Of a stretch of DNA of 64,000 bases, positions 11,700 to 22,351 are shown one piece after another; the first letter of the stretch is position 1; every line of letters starts with the position of its first letter. The notes under the pieces were generated by a model that was not told the DNA's origin, did not search any database, and saw nothing but the letters and a program-made list of their open reading frames with translations. The stretch comes from an uncultured Chloroflexia bacterium (GTDB lineage: Bacteria > Chloroflexota > Anaerolineae > B4-G1 > SLSP01). Made by a program: the position numbers and the translations under genes. The stretch spans positions 1 through 64,000 of the forward strand of contig CAVVUS010000014.1 in the NCBI GenBank assembly GCA_963751345.1, given 5' to 3'.

Positions 11700-11905
11700 A
11701 GCGTCGCTCCTATGGCTGAATGGTGAAAGCCACCCGTGGTTGGCGAGAGAGGGTCGAAGGGATCGGCCGGCTCGGCTAGCCCAAGGCTCAACGTCGCAGC
11801 ATAGCGCGGGGGCGCGGGTTGTCAAGAGGTATGGAAACCCTCAAACCCTCTATGCGAGCTTCGACGCTCTACCCGTGACGTCCTATACGTCAGAACCCAC
11901 TGGGG

Positions 11906-13131
11906 TCAGGCATCGTCGCCTTCGGCCGCGTCGAGCGCGGTGATGTAGGCCCATACGAACCGGTAGGCGCGGCTCAGCACCTCGGGATCGATCTTGTCGA
12001 CGGTGTCGCCCACCTGATGCCAGTAGGGCATCTCCCCGTTCGGGCCCCTGCCCCGTCAGCGTGATGGCAGGAATCCCCACGCGCAGGGCATCGGACATCT
12101 CGGTGTTGCCGCCCTTGATCTCGGAGGGGTAGGCGCCGAGCTCGGGATGGACTTGCGCGATATGCTCTGCCAGCCGGATCAACCCCGGGTCACTGCGGAA
12201 GGGCACGATGATGCCTTCCTTGGTCAGCCACGAAGGACCTGCGCAGCCCAGCATCTCGAAGACCACGGTCACCGGGTTGACGAACTCGGACCGGTGGCGG
12301 CGGAAGAAGTCAATGGCGCCGTAGTGCTGGACCTCCTCACACCCGGTGCAGACCAACCACACACGGGTGTGTTGCAGGGGCTGGTCTTGAAAGCGCTGAG
12401 CAAGGGTGAGGACCAACCCGGCTGCGGTGGCGTTGTCGTTGGCGCCGGCGGTATAGGGGGTGCGGTCCGCCTGGATGCACATCGCGGCAAGGGCGACGGA
12501 GCCGAGGGCGCTCAGATATCGTCACGGGCCAGATCCAGGCCCATTGCGTGATGGCGCCGGCGACGTAGAGGAGGGCCTGTGCCAGACTCAGGACAAAGGC
12601 CACGGTGGTGAACGTTTGGTAGACCTTCACCCAGGTGGGCGTGCGGAAGACCAGGGGCGTTCGCTGGCTGTCCACGTGACCGATCAGGATGAGGTCCTGC
12701 CGGTGCTCGCCTGCAGGCGGCGTCACGGCGACGACGTTCTGGCTCCCGGCCTTGGGGGCCAACCTGCGGAAGAGGTTGTCGCGAAAGCCCAACTCGAGGA
12801 GCTGCGAGACCAGGCTGATCCACGAGATCGCGGCGGCCAGGATGGCGCTCACGCGCCCGAAGAGCGGGTAGATCGCAAAGGCGAGCAGCATCAACACAGC
12901 CGCCAGTAGATGGGGGACGAAAATGGAGGTCGCGCTCTTGAAGCCCTCCATCTGCGGCGCCAGTCCCAATGCATCAAGGGTGTGTTGACAGTAGTCTGAG
13001 CCCGCCCTTTCGCCGGCTGTGGTCGATCCCCGGGGCCCGATATCCGATGCGAGCGCTTTGATATGGCTGAGCCAGACGGAGAGATGGGGGTCTGCGGTCT
13101 GTAGCGTTGGTGCTTCCCTGGTCGTGGTCAC
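11906..13131 (-). CDS. M28 family metallopeptidase with membrane insert (frameshifted)
   Basis: IGPRGS, LIGHVDS, GANDNATA, TGCEE, YWHQVGDTVD. Confidence 0.8.
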
Positions 13132-13244
13132 GTGTTCCTCCCGCGATGCTATGAGTGCTGGTGATGGATTGGGATAAAGCCCTATTGTAAACGCATCCCC
13201 TTCGCCTAGACGTAGAGTTGACCGGCCATTCCAGGGCAGCCCGC

Positions 13245-14222
13245 TTACCGCGCCGCCGCGGCGACCTCCGACAACCTATCAAGGGTCGCGGGGTCGATGG
13301 CGATGTGGAAGACCTCCATGATGACCTGGGTCCAGCCGTGGATGAAGTAGAGCCAGCCGTCCTCGACCGTGAGGCGGCGCTCGGCCTGCTGGGCGAGCGC
13401 CTGGTGCATGAAGTCGAGCTCGCCGCGGTAGTTGAGCTCCCACGCGATGCCGTCCAGCGGCCACTGGCCCTCGTCAGTGAGCGGCGAGCCGGGGCGGTCC
13501 TTCCCCATCCCCGTGCCGTTGATGACGATGCTGCCGGGCGGGAGCGACGCCATGATGTCGTCGTTGCGGCGCGGGTCGACGTTTTGGACGTACTCAAAGG
13601 CGATGTCGGTCCCCACGTCCTCGACCATGGACCGGACGTTCTCCAGGCGCCCGGGCGAGCGATTGACGGCGATGAAGCGCTCGGGGCGGTCGCCCGGATC
13701 CTGCTTGTTCATCAGGTGGAGGGCGATGGCCGTCCCCGCCCCGCCCATCCCGATGCAGAAGACGTGGCCGCCCGTGCGGGCGAAGTAGCCCCTGCCCGTC
13801 CGAGGGCCGTCGCCCAGGATGGCGTCAAGGCTAAGTCCCGCGGAGATGGGGTCCTTGGCCCGGCCCTCGAGCCGCCCGTCCTGCTTGGAGATGCAGGAGA
13901 CCTCGCCGCAGATCCGGGCGTAGCGCCCCAGATCGTCGAACATATCCCGCGCGGCTTCCAGGACGTCGATCTTGTGCGTGGTGACGAGCGCGCCCAGCGA
14001 GAGCGGGTCTTCCTTGATCCGGCGGACGGCCTCGCGGTAGCGCGCAGGCTCGTCGTGCAGCGCGAAGTCCCAGCCCTCGATCTGCCACTCCGGATGGCCC
14101 AGGACCTCGGCCCAGCGGGGAAAGACCTGCATGATCGATGAGTGTCCGGTGGTGACGCCGATGAAGTAGAGGGTCGGCTGTGATTTCGGCTCGAATTGGG
14201 TGAGGGATCTATCTTGGCTCAT
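13245..14222 (-). CDS. Shikimate-dehydrogenase-like oxidoreductase (divergent)
   Basis: LGALVTTHKID, IGMGGAGTA Rossmann motif, VNRS, INGTGMG, WELNYRG, EDGWLYFIHGW. Confidence 0.7.
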   Translation of the reverse strand: MSQDRSLTQFEPKSQPTLYFIGVTTGHSSIMQVFPRWAEVLGHPEWQIEGWDFALHDEPARYREAVRRIKEDPLSLGALVTTHKIDVLEAARDMFDDLGRYARICGEVSCISKQDGRLEGRAKDPISAGLSLDAILGDGPRTGRGYFARTGGHVFCIGMGGAGTAIALHLMNKQDPGDRPERFIAVNRSPGRLENVRSMVEDVGTDIAFEYVQNVDPRRNDDIMASLPPGSIVINGTGMGKDRPGSPLTDEGQWPLDGIAWELNYRGELDFMHQALAQQAERRLTVEDGWLYFIHGWTQVIMEVFHIAIDPATLDRLSEVAAAAR

Positions 14223-14245
14223 GGGTTGCGCTCCTTTCGGGAGGT

Positions 14246-14824
14246 CTACGCCTGCTGCCACTTGGGGTTGGGGACGACGACAGGGCGTCCCTCCCGCTCG
14301 ACGACCAAGTTACGGAAGCCGCGCACCTCGATCGTCCCGTAGTCGTGGCCTGCGTGGGCGGGGAAGACGTAGAAGGTCACCAGATCCTGCGTCGGGCTGA
14401 CGTTGACCGAGCGATGGGCCCACCGCGGCGGCACGTAGAGAACGCTGCCGGGCACGAGAACTTCGACGGCGCTCTCGCCTTCGGGGGTCTCCATCACCAT
14501 GCGACCGTCGCCTTGCAGGCAATAGTAGACCTCGGCGGTCTCCAACACCTGGTGGAAGTGGCCCTTGGTCATGAAGTACTCGTCGCCCACCTTGCCGGGG
14601 TGGACGATGGAGATGCCGTGGAGTAGCTCCCCAGCGACCTCGGGGCGACGGATCTCATAGACCTCGTAGAGGACGAGATCTTCCGCGGCCAACATCTCGG
14701 CGTAGCGGGCCTGGTCGGCGTACTGCCCCGCCATCGCGGAGAGGTGGCGCACGATGTGGTTATCATAGCGCGTGGGCACGCCGTCTGGCATCGCAACGCC
14801 GAAAGTAAAGGGTAGGTCTGACAA
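14246..14824 (-). CDS. Cupin-type (archaeal-like) glucose-6-phosphate isomerase family protein
   Basis: PGKVGDEYFMTKGHFH, EVYY, VPPRWAHRSVN, AGHDYG. Confidence 0.85.
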   Translation of the reverse strand: MSDLPFTFGVAMPDGVPTRYDNHIVRHLSAMAGQYADQARYAEMLAAEDLVLYEVYEIRRPEVAGELLHGISIVHPGKVGDEYFMTKGHFHQVLETAEVYYCLQGDGRMVMETPEGESAVEVLVPGSVLYVPPRWAHRSVNVSPTQDLVTFYVFPAHAGHDYGTIEVRGFRNLVVEREGRPVVVPNPKWQQA

Positions 14825-14897
14825 TGGAAACTCTCCTCGTGCGGATGCGATAGGTGATAAGTCAATGCCGGTAGGGAGCTAAGGCTTGAAAAGCGGA

Positions 14898-15987
14898 TCA
14901 GGGCTCGATGACGATCTTCATCGAGTCCCGGTCCTCCGCGGCGGCGAAGGCCTCCAGGATTCGATCCAGCGAATAGCGGGCGGTCACCAACGGGGCCAGG
15001 TCGATACTTCCCGAATCGACGATCTCCGCGGCCTGGCGGCAGTTGGCCGTGCTGCAGGCCGTTGTCCCGGTGACGGTCAGCTCCTTGTAGTGAACCAGGT
15101 TCGAGTCAAGCGTGACCGTCGAGTGACCCTTGGGCAGTCCACCGAAGAAGTTGATCCGCCCGCCAATCGCGGCCAACTCCAACGATTGCGCCTGCGCCCG
15201 AGGGGCCGGCGCGGCAACGATGATGACGTCGGGGCCCCGCCGTCCGAGGCGCGTCCGCCGTCCGAGGCGCGTCCGTCGGTCTCCTCGTCGAGCACGGCGG
15301 CCAGATCCTCCTCGCTCGGGTTCACGGTCCGGTCGGCGCCGACGTCCCGGGCCAGCACCAGCCGGTCGGCGATCAGGTCGCTGACGACCACGCGCGCCGC
15401 CCCGTGAGCCGCGCGAGCATCGTGTGCATGACGCCGATCGGCCCTGCGCCGACGATCAGCACGTTGTCACCTGAACGGAGGTCGACCGCCCGCTGACCGC
15501 GCAGGACGCAGGCAAAGGGCTCCAGCAGCGCGGCACCCGCGGGATCGATCTCGCGGGGGACCGGGATGAGGTTGCCCTGGCGAATAGCCGCCGCAGGGAC
15601 GCGCACGTATTCGGCAAAGGCGCCGTCGAGCGTGACCCCCAGCGCCTCGTAGGCCGCGCAGCGGTTGTTGTTGCCGCTCAAGCATTGGCGACAGTGTCCG
15701 CACCCCATGTTGGGCGCCACAAAGACCCGCTCGCCCACGTGGAGGTCAAGAACCGCGGCACCCACGTCGGCGATGTCACCGACGACCTCGTGGCCGGGAA
15801 TGCGAACCGTCCCCGGCGGATACTTGCGGTGCGCGCCGTGCACGATCCGCAGGTCGGTCCCGCAGATGCCCGCGCTGACCACTCTGAGCAGCACCTCGTC
15901 CGGGCCAATCCTCGGCCTGAGGGTGCACTCCAGGCGAAGGTCGTTCGGCCCGTGGTAGACCGCCGCCAACATCGTGCCATCAGCCAT
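14898..15987 (-). CDS. Zinc-dependent polyol/sugar alcohol dehydrogenase (frameshifted)
   Basis: GICGTD, GHE, CGHCRQC...C, VGAGPIG, HYKELTVTG. Confidence 0.85.
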
Positions 15988-17026
15988 AGCCACCCCTCAG
16001 GATCTCGCTCAGATAGACCGGGCGCTCCTCCTGGAAGGATCTGGTCCCCGCCAGGACACCGGCCACGGCCCATCGCCCGTCGACGCCGCCAACCCGCGGC
16101 GGGGTGCCGGTCCTGACGCACTCGATGAAGTGCGCCATCTCGTGGATGTAGCCCCACGCGAAGCGCTGGGGCCAGGTCCGATAGATCGGCGTCACCAGCC
16201 CGTGGTCGCGGTCGGTGCAGACGACCACGGCCTGCCCCTTGAGCTCGCCGATCTGCATGATCCCTTTCTCGCCCACGATCTCGACCCTGGCGTCGTAGCC
16301 GTAGTCGCAGGGACAGATCCCGGAGATCGACCCAAGCCCGCCCCCTTCGAAACGAATGTCGACCATCAGCGTGTCGTAGAAGTCGGGGGTCTCCACACCG
16401 CGGGCGTCGCCCTTGAAGTTCGCCACCTCCACGTAGACGCGCTCCGGATTGTCGCCCATCAGCCAGCGCACACAATCCCAATCGTGGCTGTTCACCTCGG
16501 CCAGCATCCCGTTGGACTTCTGCAGGTCCCGCGCCCAGGGCGGCGGCAGGCCCGGCCCGTGGGTAAGCGACTTGACGAGCATCGGCCGGCCGATCTCGCC
16601 CGCCCGGATGCGCTCGTAGGCCGCGGCGAACTCGGGATCGAAGCGGCGCATGAAGCCCACCTGGAGCATGACCCCGGCGGCCTCGGCCGTGTCGATCACG
16701 GCGTCACACTCCTCCAGGTCCAGCGCCATCGGCTTCTCCAGGAAGACGTGCTTCCCCGTGCGGGCGGCCATGGTGGCCAGCTCGGCATGGGTGAACGTCG
16801 GCGTCGTGATGACGACGGCATCGAACGCGCCCCAGTCGAGCGCTGCCTCCAGCGAGGCGAACCGGGCATCCACGCTGAATCTATCCGCCATCGCCGCCAG
16901 CGCCTCGGGCACCGCATCGACGACACCGACCAACTCGCCGTCGGGCACATAGCGTGCCAGAGAATTGGCGTGCACGCCGCCTACTCTCCCTGCACCGACC
17001 AGACATACGCGCACCTTATCAGCCAT
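15980..17026 (-). CDS. Gfo/Idh/MocA family oxidoreductase (inositol dehydrogenase-like)
   Basis: VGAGRVG, EKPM, VGFMRRFD, NSHDWD, YGYDARVE. Confidence 0.85.
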   Translation of the reverse strand: MADKVRVCLVGAGRVGGVHANSLARYVPDGELVGVVDAVPEALAAMADRFSVDARFASLEAALDWGAFDAVVITTPTFTHAELATMAARTGKHVFLEKPMALDLEECDAVIDTAEAAGVMLQVGFMRRFDPEFAAAYERIRAGEIGRPMLVKSLTHGPGLPPPWARDLQKSNGMLAEVNSHDWDCVRWLMGDNPERVYVEVANFKGDARGVETPDFYDTLMVDIRFEGGGLGSISGICPCDYGYDARVEIVGEKGIMQIGELKGQAVVVCTDRDHGLVTPIYRTWPQRFAWGYIHEMAHFIECVRTGTPPRVGGVDGRWAVAGVLAGTRSFQEERPVYLSEILRGGYG

Positions 17027-17029
17027 CAA

Positions 17030-18577
17030 TCACTCCTTGTGCCGACGGCGACCAGATCGGCGCCTGAACGTCTCGGCAAGCACCCTCTGCCAGTCGACGT
17101 AGTCCTGTATCAAGGGTTGGTAAACCTCGTTTATCTCGGGGTGCGGCCGAATCGCCGCCCCACGCCGCTCCGTCGTCTCCACGGCGGCCTCGGCCAGGTC
17201 ATCAAAGAGGCCCACCGCATATCCGGCGACCAGGGCGCTGCCCCACGTGGCGAACTCGGAACGCTGCAGCCGCTGGTAGGGCACGCCCAGGACGTCGGCC
17301 TTGATCTGGTTCCAGACCGCGCTTCTGGCCCCGCCGCCGATCGCGACCGCCTCGATCAAGCCGAGATCGGGGACCAGCGTGCGAAGGATTCGGAGGTAAT
17401 AGGCGTACTCAAAGGCCACGCCCTCCAGGATCGAGCGGATGAAGTGCGCCTGGGTGTGTCCCCACGAGAAGCCCGTCCACGCGCCGCGCATATCCGGGCT
17501 GGACGGACAGACCCGGCCCCCCAGATGGGGCGAGAAGCGAAGCCCCTCGGCGCCGGGCGGCACGCGGCCGGCCAGTTCCGCCATCACGTCATAGGGGTCG
17601 CGGTCGATTTCGTCTCCCGGACGAAAAAACTCGTCGCGGAACCAGCGCAGCGCCTGCCCGCCTCCGGCGACATAGGCCAGCGGATGCCAGAGGCCGGGGA
17701 TCACCGAGCGCATCGTGAGCAGCGCGCGGTTTGCCTCGTCGACCACGAAGTGGTCGGTGCAACTCGCCAGCACCGAGGCCGTGCCCGCCGTATCGAGCAG
17801 CATCCCCGGACGGACGACGCCCGCGCCCAGCGCACCCGCCGCCGTATCGCCGCACCCCGCCGCGATCGGCGTGCCGGGCGCCAGCCCAAAGTCCGCCGCC
17901 GCGGCGTCGGTCACCTCGCCGATCACGTCCCAGGGGGAGACGATGCGCGGCAGCTTGTCCAGGTCGATGCCCAGACGGTCGCACAACGTCGCCGACCACG
18001 TCCCCGCCCGCGCATCACTCAGGCCCGAGAAGTGGATAAAGGTGTGATCGATGAAGGCCTCGTCGCCGCGCAAGCCGGCCATCGAGCCTGCGACGTACCC
18101 CGCGGGCGTGACAAACTTGGCGACTCCGACGTAGGCCTGGGGCTGCTCGTGCTGCCACCACAGGATCTTGGGCCCGTGGTCGCACGTCGGCGGGCAACCG
18201 GTCAGGCGCGTGACGAGATCTCCGCACTGCGCCTCGATCCAGTCGATGTAGGGTTGACAGCGCATATCGAGCCACGAATCGAAACGGGTCGCGGGCTCGA
18301 AGTTGTCGGTCACCGAGCCGATGCCGGCCATCTGGCTGTCGAAAGCGATGGCGGCGACGTCGCGGGGATCGGTGCCGCTCTCGATCAGGCATCGCCGCAC
18401 CGTCTGCGCGGCCGAGCGATAGAAGTCCCCGTTCTCCTGCTCCACCACGCCGGGCTGGGGGTGGTACAGCGGCACCTCGGCGCTCGCCTCCGCTACCGGG
18501 GTGCCATCGGGGCGGTACAGGACCGCCTTGGTGGCGCTGGTGCCCAGGTCGACGCCGAGAAGGTAGGTATGGTTCAT
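17030..18577 (-). CDS. FGGY family carbohydrate kinase (xylulokinase-like)
   Basis: LGVDLGTSATKA, AGCGDTAAGALG, DTAGT, RSILEGVA, IGGGARS. Confidence 0.9.
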   Translation of the reverse strand: MNHTYLLGVDLGTSATKAVLYRPDGTPVAEASAEVPLYHPQPGVVEQENGDFYRSAAQTVRRCLIESGTDPRDVAAIAFDSQMAGIGSVTDNFEPATRFDSWLDMRCQPYIDWIEAQCGDLVTRLTGCPPTCDHGPKILWWQHEQPQAYVGVAKFVTPAGYVAGSMAGLRGDEAFIDHTFIHFSGLSDARAGTWSATLCDRLGIDLDKLPRIVSPWDVIGEVTDAAAADFGLAPGTPIAAGCGDTAAGALGAGVVRPGMLLDTAGTASVLASCTDHFVVDEANRALLTMRSVIPGLWHPLAYVAGGGQALRWFRDEFFRPGDEIDRDPYDVMAELAGRVPPGAEGLRFSPHLGGRVCPSSPDMRGAWTGFSWGHTQAHFIRSILEGVAFEYAYYLRILRTLVPDLGLIEAVAIGGGARSAVWNQIKADVLGVPYQRLQRSEFATWGSALVAGYAVGLFDDLAEAAVETTERRGAAIRPHPEINEVYQPLIQDYVDWQRVLAETFRRRSGRRRHKE

Positions 18578-18599
18578 AGAATGACTTCTCGCAGTATGA

Positions 18600-19990
18600 C
18601 GCTAGATCAAGCTGAGACCTTTGGGGTTTCTGGCCCGAGCAAGTCGGCCTTACAACCTCAAAGGTCTTTCCCGGTATTACACGTACCTGCAGGTCAAAGA
18701 CGGGCGCGACCATCCGGATGTCGGCCAGGTTGTGGCCGGTCATCAGGAGATAGTGGTGCGAGACGAGGCGGCTCATCACCGCGGGCCCGTCGGGCACACG
18801 GATGACGCCGCCGTTGATGCAGTCGGAGTCGGTATACTGGACGTATTCCTCGAACTCTCCCTCGATCACGGAGAGCTCCCCCATCGTCGGGCCGAGCTTC
18901 GCCAGCGTGATCCCGCCGGTCGGCATCCGCGCATCGAGCGCCGTGGCGTTGTCATCCACGATGGCGAGCACTTTCGGTTTCAGGACCCAGGAAGTGCAAA
19001 ACGGCCGCGGGACGACGCCGAGATAGCCGCAGTGCGCCACCAGGATGTGATCCTCGGGATCCTCCGCCTCGGGGAAGTTCGGGATGTTCTCGTGCTTCAG
19101 CGCCGCCTGGCCCATCAGGAAGGGATAGAGGTTGGTCATCATAATGGGGGCGCCGAGCGACTTGTGCAGGATGTATTTGGTCAGCATGGACACCGTGTCG
19201 GCCTCGCAGCCCCAGATCATGCCACGCTCCTCGTAGAGCATGGCCCAGGCCAGGCAAGGCGTCGTGTCCGAGAAGTAGGACTCGTTGAGGCAGTTCTGCC
19301 CGACGGCGACGATGGCATCGTCGGCCTCGATTTCGCGCTTGATCGCGATGTACTGCTTGACGGCGCTGCGGAGCGCACGCTCCGAGACACCCTCGGTCGG
19401 CATCTGCCACATCTTCCAGACCTCGTCGGCCTCCGCGTCGGGGATCGCCCGGGCCTGCTCGCCCAGCGCCTTGAAGCTCTTCTTGACGACGGTCAGCCCG
19501 AACTTGTCCTTCATCCGCCGGCTGCACTCGTCCTCCCACCAGTAGAAGCGCTTGAAGATGCTCGCCTGCATACCGTCGCCGGGATCATCCTGGAAGACGA
19601 GGAACTTCGCCCCGTCCAGGTCCTTACGGGCACCCAGGGCCTTGCAGATGCTCTTGGCCTGCGCCAGGTTGTAGGGGGCGATCGTCGCGACGTCCTCCGC
19701 CTTGAGGTAACTGATGACCTCCCAGTCCCACATCGAGAGCGTGCCGAACTCCGAGGTGATGATCAGGATGGGCACCTTGAATGCCTTGAAGGCCTGGAGT
19801 TGCCCGTAGGCCTCGCCCAGGAGTTGGGGAAGACGACGGCGTCGGCCTCGTCGGGCACCGGGGCGCCGAGCCCGACCGGGTCCAGGAACTCCGCCACGTC
19901 GGCGAGCAGCGAGCGCAGCCTCACCACCTGCTCGTCGAACTCCTCGTCTCTGCCGCGCTGAAAATAGATCGGTGCCAATCGAGCTTTCAT
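18600..19990 (-). CDS. L-fucose/L-arabinose isomerase-like protein (frameshift ~19825; 3' end uncertain)
   Basis: NCLNES, PCLA, GCEAD, AHCG, GGITLAKL, HHYLL motifs resemble FucI/AraA C-terminal folds. Confidence 0.55.
18615..18667. repeat. Palindromic hairpin element
   Basis: AGACCTTTGGGGTT ... AACCTCAAAGGTCT arms enclosing TGGCCCGAGC. Confidence 0.6.
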
Positions 19991-20032
19991 CGCAACTACC
20001 TTTCCTCCATCGCGCGTACCTCAGGAGTCACT

Positions 20033-21382
20033 CTACAGCGCATTAGCGCGGGTCACGTGCCCGTACCAGTGACCACTGTCCTTCAAGATCCGTTCGAGCG
20101 TGTCGAATTGCGTGTAGGCCAGGCCAAAGCGGCTGCTCGTGCCGAACGCCCACTCGAAGTTATCGGCGAGCGTCCAGTAGAAATAGCCCTTCAGCGGCAC
20201 ACCTTTCTCGATCGCCTCGAGCATCACCTCGAGATGCTGCCGGACGAAGTCGATGCGCTTCGGGTCGTGGATCCGGCCATCCTCGGAGACCTCGTCCTTA
20301 TAGGAGGCGCCGTTCTCGGTGACGTAGAGCGTCTCAAAATCATAGTCGTGGTCCAGTCGGGTCAGCAGATCGTATAGCCCCTGAGGGTAGATCTCCCAGT
20401 TTCTATCCGAGACGTTGTCATCATCCCGCTCGTAGAGCACCTTGCCGCCCTGCGAGGCGACCCCCGTCTGCGGGGCTGGGTCATGACAGACCCTGCGCGA
20501 GTAGTAGTTGATGCCCAGGAAATCTAGCGGCGGGGCCATCCGCTCCAGATCTGCGGGGAGCACCTCGGGCACGTCATCGCCGTAGTCTTTCCAGGCTAAC
20601 TGCGGGTAGCCACGCCCCACGATGGGATCCAGGAACCAGCGATTGTACTTCTGATCGTGCAACTCCGTTGCTCTCCGATCGGCCTCTGTGTCGGTGGCGG
20701 GATAGGCGGGTGAAAAATCGATCACGATCCCCACCTTCGCGCCCGCGGCATGTCCTCGAATGACGGGCACCGCGGCACCGTGGGAGACCAGTACGTTGTG
20801 CGCCACCTGCAGCGCCAGCGCTTGATCGTGCAGGCCCGGGGCGTGCTCTCCGGTCAGATGGCCCAGGAGCGAGACACACCGTGGCTCGTTGTGCGTCATC
20901 CAGAACTTGACCCGATCTCCCAGCTGCGCGGTCACGATGTCCACGTAACGGACGTAGGCCTCAATCGTCTCACGCTTCGCCCAACCCCCCTTGTCCTGGA
21001 GAGCCTGCGGAAGGTCCCAATGGTAGAGCGTGGCGAAGGGCACGATCCCGGCCTCCAGCAATGCGTCAACCACCCGGTCGTAGTAGTCGAGCCCCGCCGG
21101 GTTGACGTCGCCATCCCCATCCGGGATGACGCGAGGCCAGGCAATCGAGAAACGGTAAGCGTTGACGCCCAACGCCTCCATCACCTCGATGTCCCGGGGG
21201 TACAGGCGGTAGGAATAGCACGCCGGATCGCCGGTTTCCCCCGTGAGGATGTTGCCCGGTTCGGAGGCGAACCGATCCCAGATCGATTCACCGCGTCCGC
21301 CCTCCCGTGTGGCGCCCTCAATCTGGAAAGAGGCGGTCGCCGTTCCCCAATAGAAGCCTTCCGGAAATCTATAAAGTGACAT
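20033..21382 (-). CDS. GH1 beta-glucosidase
   Basis: FYWGTATASFQIEG, YRFSIAWPR, LYHWDLP, THNEP, VTENG, DNFEW. Confidence 0.95.
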   Translation of the reverse strand: MSLYRFPEGFYWGTATASFQIEGATREGGRGESIWDRFASEPGNILTGETGDPACYSYRLYPRDIEVMEALGVNAYRFSIAWPRVIPDGDGDVNPAGLDYYDRVVDALLEAGIVPFATLYHWDLPQALQDKGGWAKRETIEAYVRYVDIVTAQLGDRVKFWMTHNEPRCVSLLGHLTGEHAPGLHDQALALQVAHNVLVSHGAAVPVIRGHAAGAKVGIVIDFSPAYPATDTEADRRATELHDQKYNRWFLDPIVGRGYPQLAWKDYGDDVPEVLPADLERMAPPLDFLGINYYSRRVCHDPAPQTGVASQGGKVLYERDDDNVSDRNWEIYPQGLYDLLTRLDHDYDFETLYVTENGASYKDEVSEDGRIHDPKRIDFVRQHLEVMLEAIEKGVPLKGYFYWTLADNFEWAFGTSSRFGLAYTQFDTLERILKDSGHWYGHVTRANAL

Positions 21383-21409
21383 ACGCTCCTCCCTATTCAG
21401 ATGGCAGCC

Positions 21410-22258
21410 TCACCGGTGAACCAACCCACTGCCGGGAGGCAGCTCTGCCAAGTCCTCACCAAGCAATGCCTTCCGCGAGCCACGTTCCTCGATGCGGACA
21501 AGCTCTACCTCAAACTTCGACCGGTCGCCCCGGTGGAGGGCGTGGTAGACCTCGATGGGTGTGCCGTCCTGGAGGTAGCTCACGCTATCCAGCAGGAGAA
21601 GGGGCGCACCCTTCTCGACCTGCAGCTTCTGTGCCTCAGCCTCATGCGCCGGAACCGCCTCGATCGTCCGGTGCCCCCGCGCGATCTGGAGCCCATACTC
21701 CTCCTCCAGGAAGGCGTAGAGTGACTGCGCCGTTAGGTCGGCATGGAGCACCTTCGGGCAGAGGACATAGGGAAGATAGGTCGTGACAAGAACGATGGGT
21801 TCATCCTCGATAAAGCGCAGCCGGTCGATCTGAACCAGATCGGTCCCCGGCGCCAAGTCCAGGCGCGCCGCGATGTCGGGATCGGCGGGCACGAGCGCCT
21901 GCTTGAGGACCTTGGTAAGCGGCCTATGTCCCCTGGCGACCATGTCCTGGTAGAAGCCGGTCAGCTTCTGAAAGAGGCCCTCCACGATCTTGGGCTCGGC
22001 GACAAACGTTCCCTTGCCCTTGCGTCGAACGATCAGACCTTCGTACTCCATCTCGCGGAGTGCCTGCCGGATCACGGTCCGGCTGACCCCACAGGTGTCG
22101 CACAACTCCTTCTCTCCGGGAAGCTGATCGCCCGGCTTCCAGTCCCCCCGGGTAATGCGGCGCTGCAGGTCTCGCTTCACCTGGACGTAATAGGGCAGCG
22201 GGCTGTCGTAGTCGACGATGTTCGCCAGAGGCTCGCGGGGCGGGTCAGGAACGGCCAT
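21410..22258 (-). CDS. GntR/HutC family transcriptional regulator (wHTH + UTRA)
   Basis: PYYVQV, LPGEKELC, VSRTVIRQAL, GKGTFV; UTRA-type C-terminus. Confidence 0.9.
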   Translation of the reverse strand: MAVPDPPREPLANIVDYDSPLPYYVQVKRDLQRRITRGDWKPGDQLPGEKELCDTCGVSRTVIRQALREMEYEGLIVRRKGKGTFVAEPKIVEGLFQKLTGFYQDMVARGHRPLTKVLKQALVPADPDIAARLDLAPGTDLVQIDRLRFIEDEPIVLVTTYLPYVLCPKVLHADLTAQSLYAFLEEEYGLQIARGHRTIEAVPAHEAEAQKLQVEKGAPLLLLDSVSYLQDGTPIEVYHALHRGDRSKFEVELVRIEERGSRKALLGEDLAELPPGSGLVHR

Positions 22259-22269
22259 GTCACCTCTCG

Positions 22270-22323
22270 TGTCATCCTGTAATCCTGTCATTACAAGCAT
22301 AGGCAGAGGGAGGAGGATGTCAA
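22270..22323 (-). promoter_or_regulatory. Promoter of the sugar operon with candidate GntR operator
   Basis: Minus-strand TTGACA (22323-22318), 16 nt, TATGCT (22301-22296); downstream TGTAAT-N6-ATTACA palindrome (22278-22295) within TGTCAT/TGTAAT repeats. Confidence 0.6.
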
Positions 22324-22351
22324 TGGCAAAATCTGACCAGATCAGTAGATC

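Noticed and set aside
18015-18600. C-terminal extension of the isomerase-like ORF over the kinase
   Set aside because: Arg/Pro-rich out-of-frame read-through, probably from a lost stop near the 18615 hairpin
15974-18805. 943-aa plus-strand ORF and other long antisense ORFs (e.g. 7186-8523, 18621-19961, 23810-25267)
   Set aside because: Shadow ORFs opposite well-supported genes in high-GC DNA, with no recognisable motifs
20450-20480. Possible micro-insertion in GH1 (PAPQTGVASQG)
   Set aside because: This loop is naturally variable in GH1 and does not match the recurrent motif
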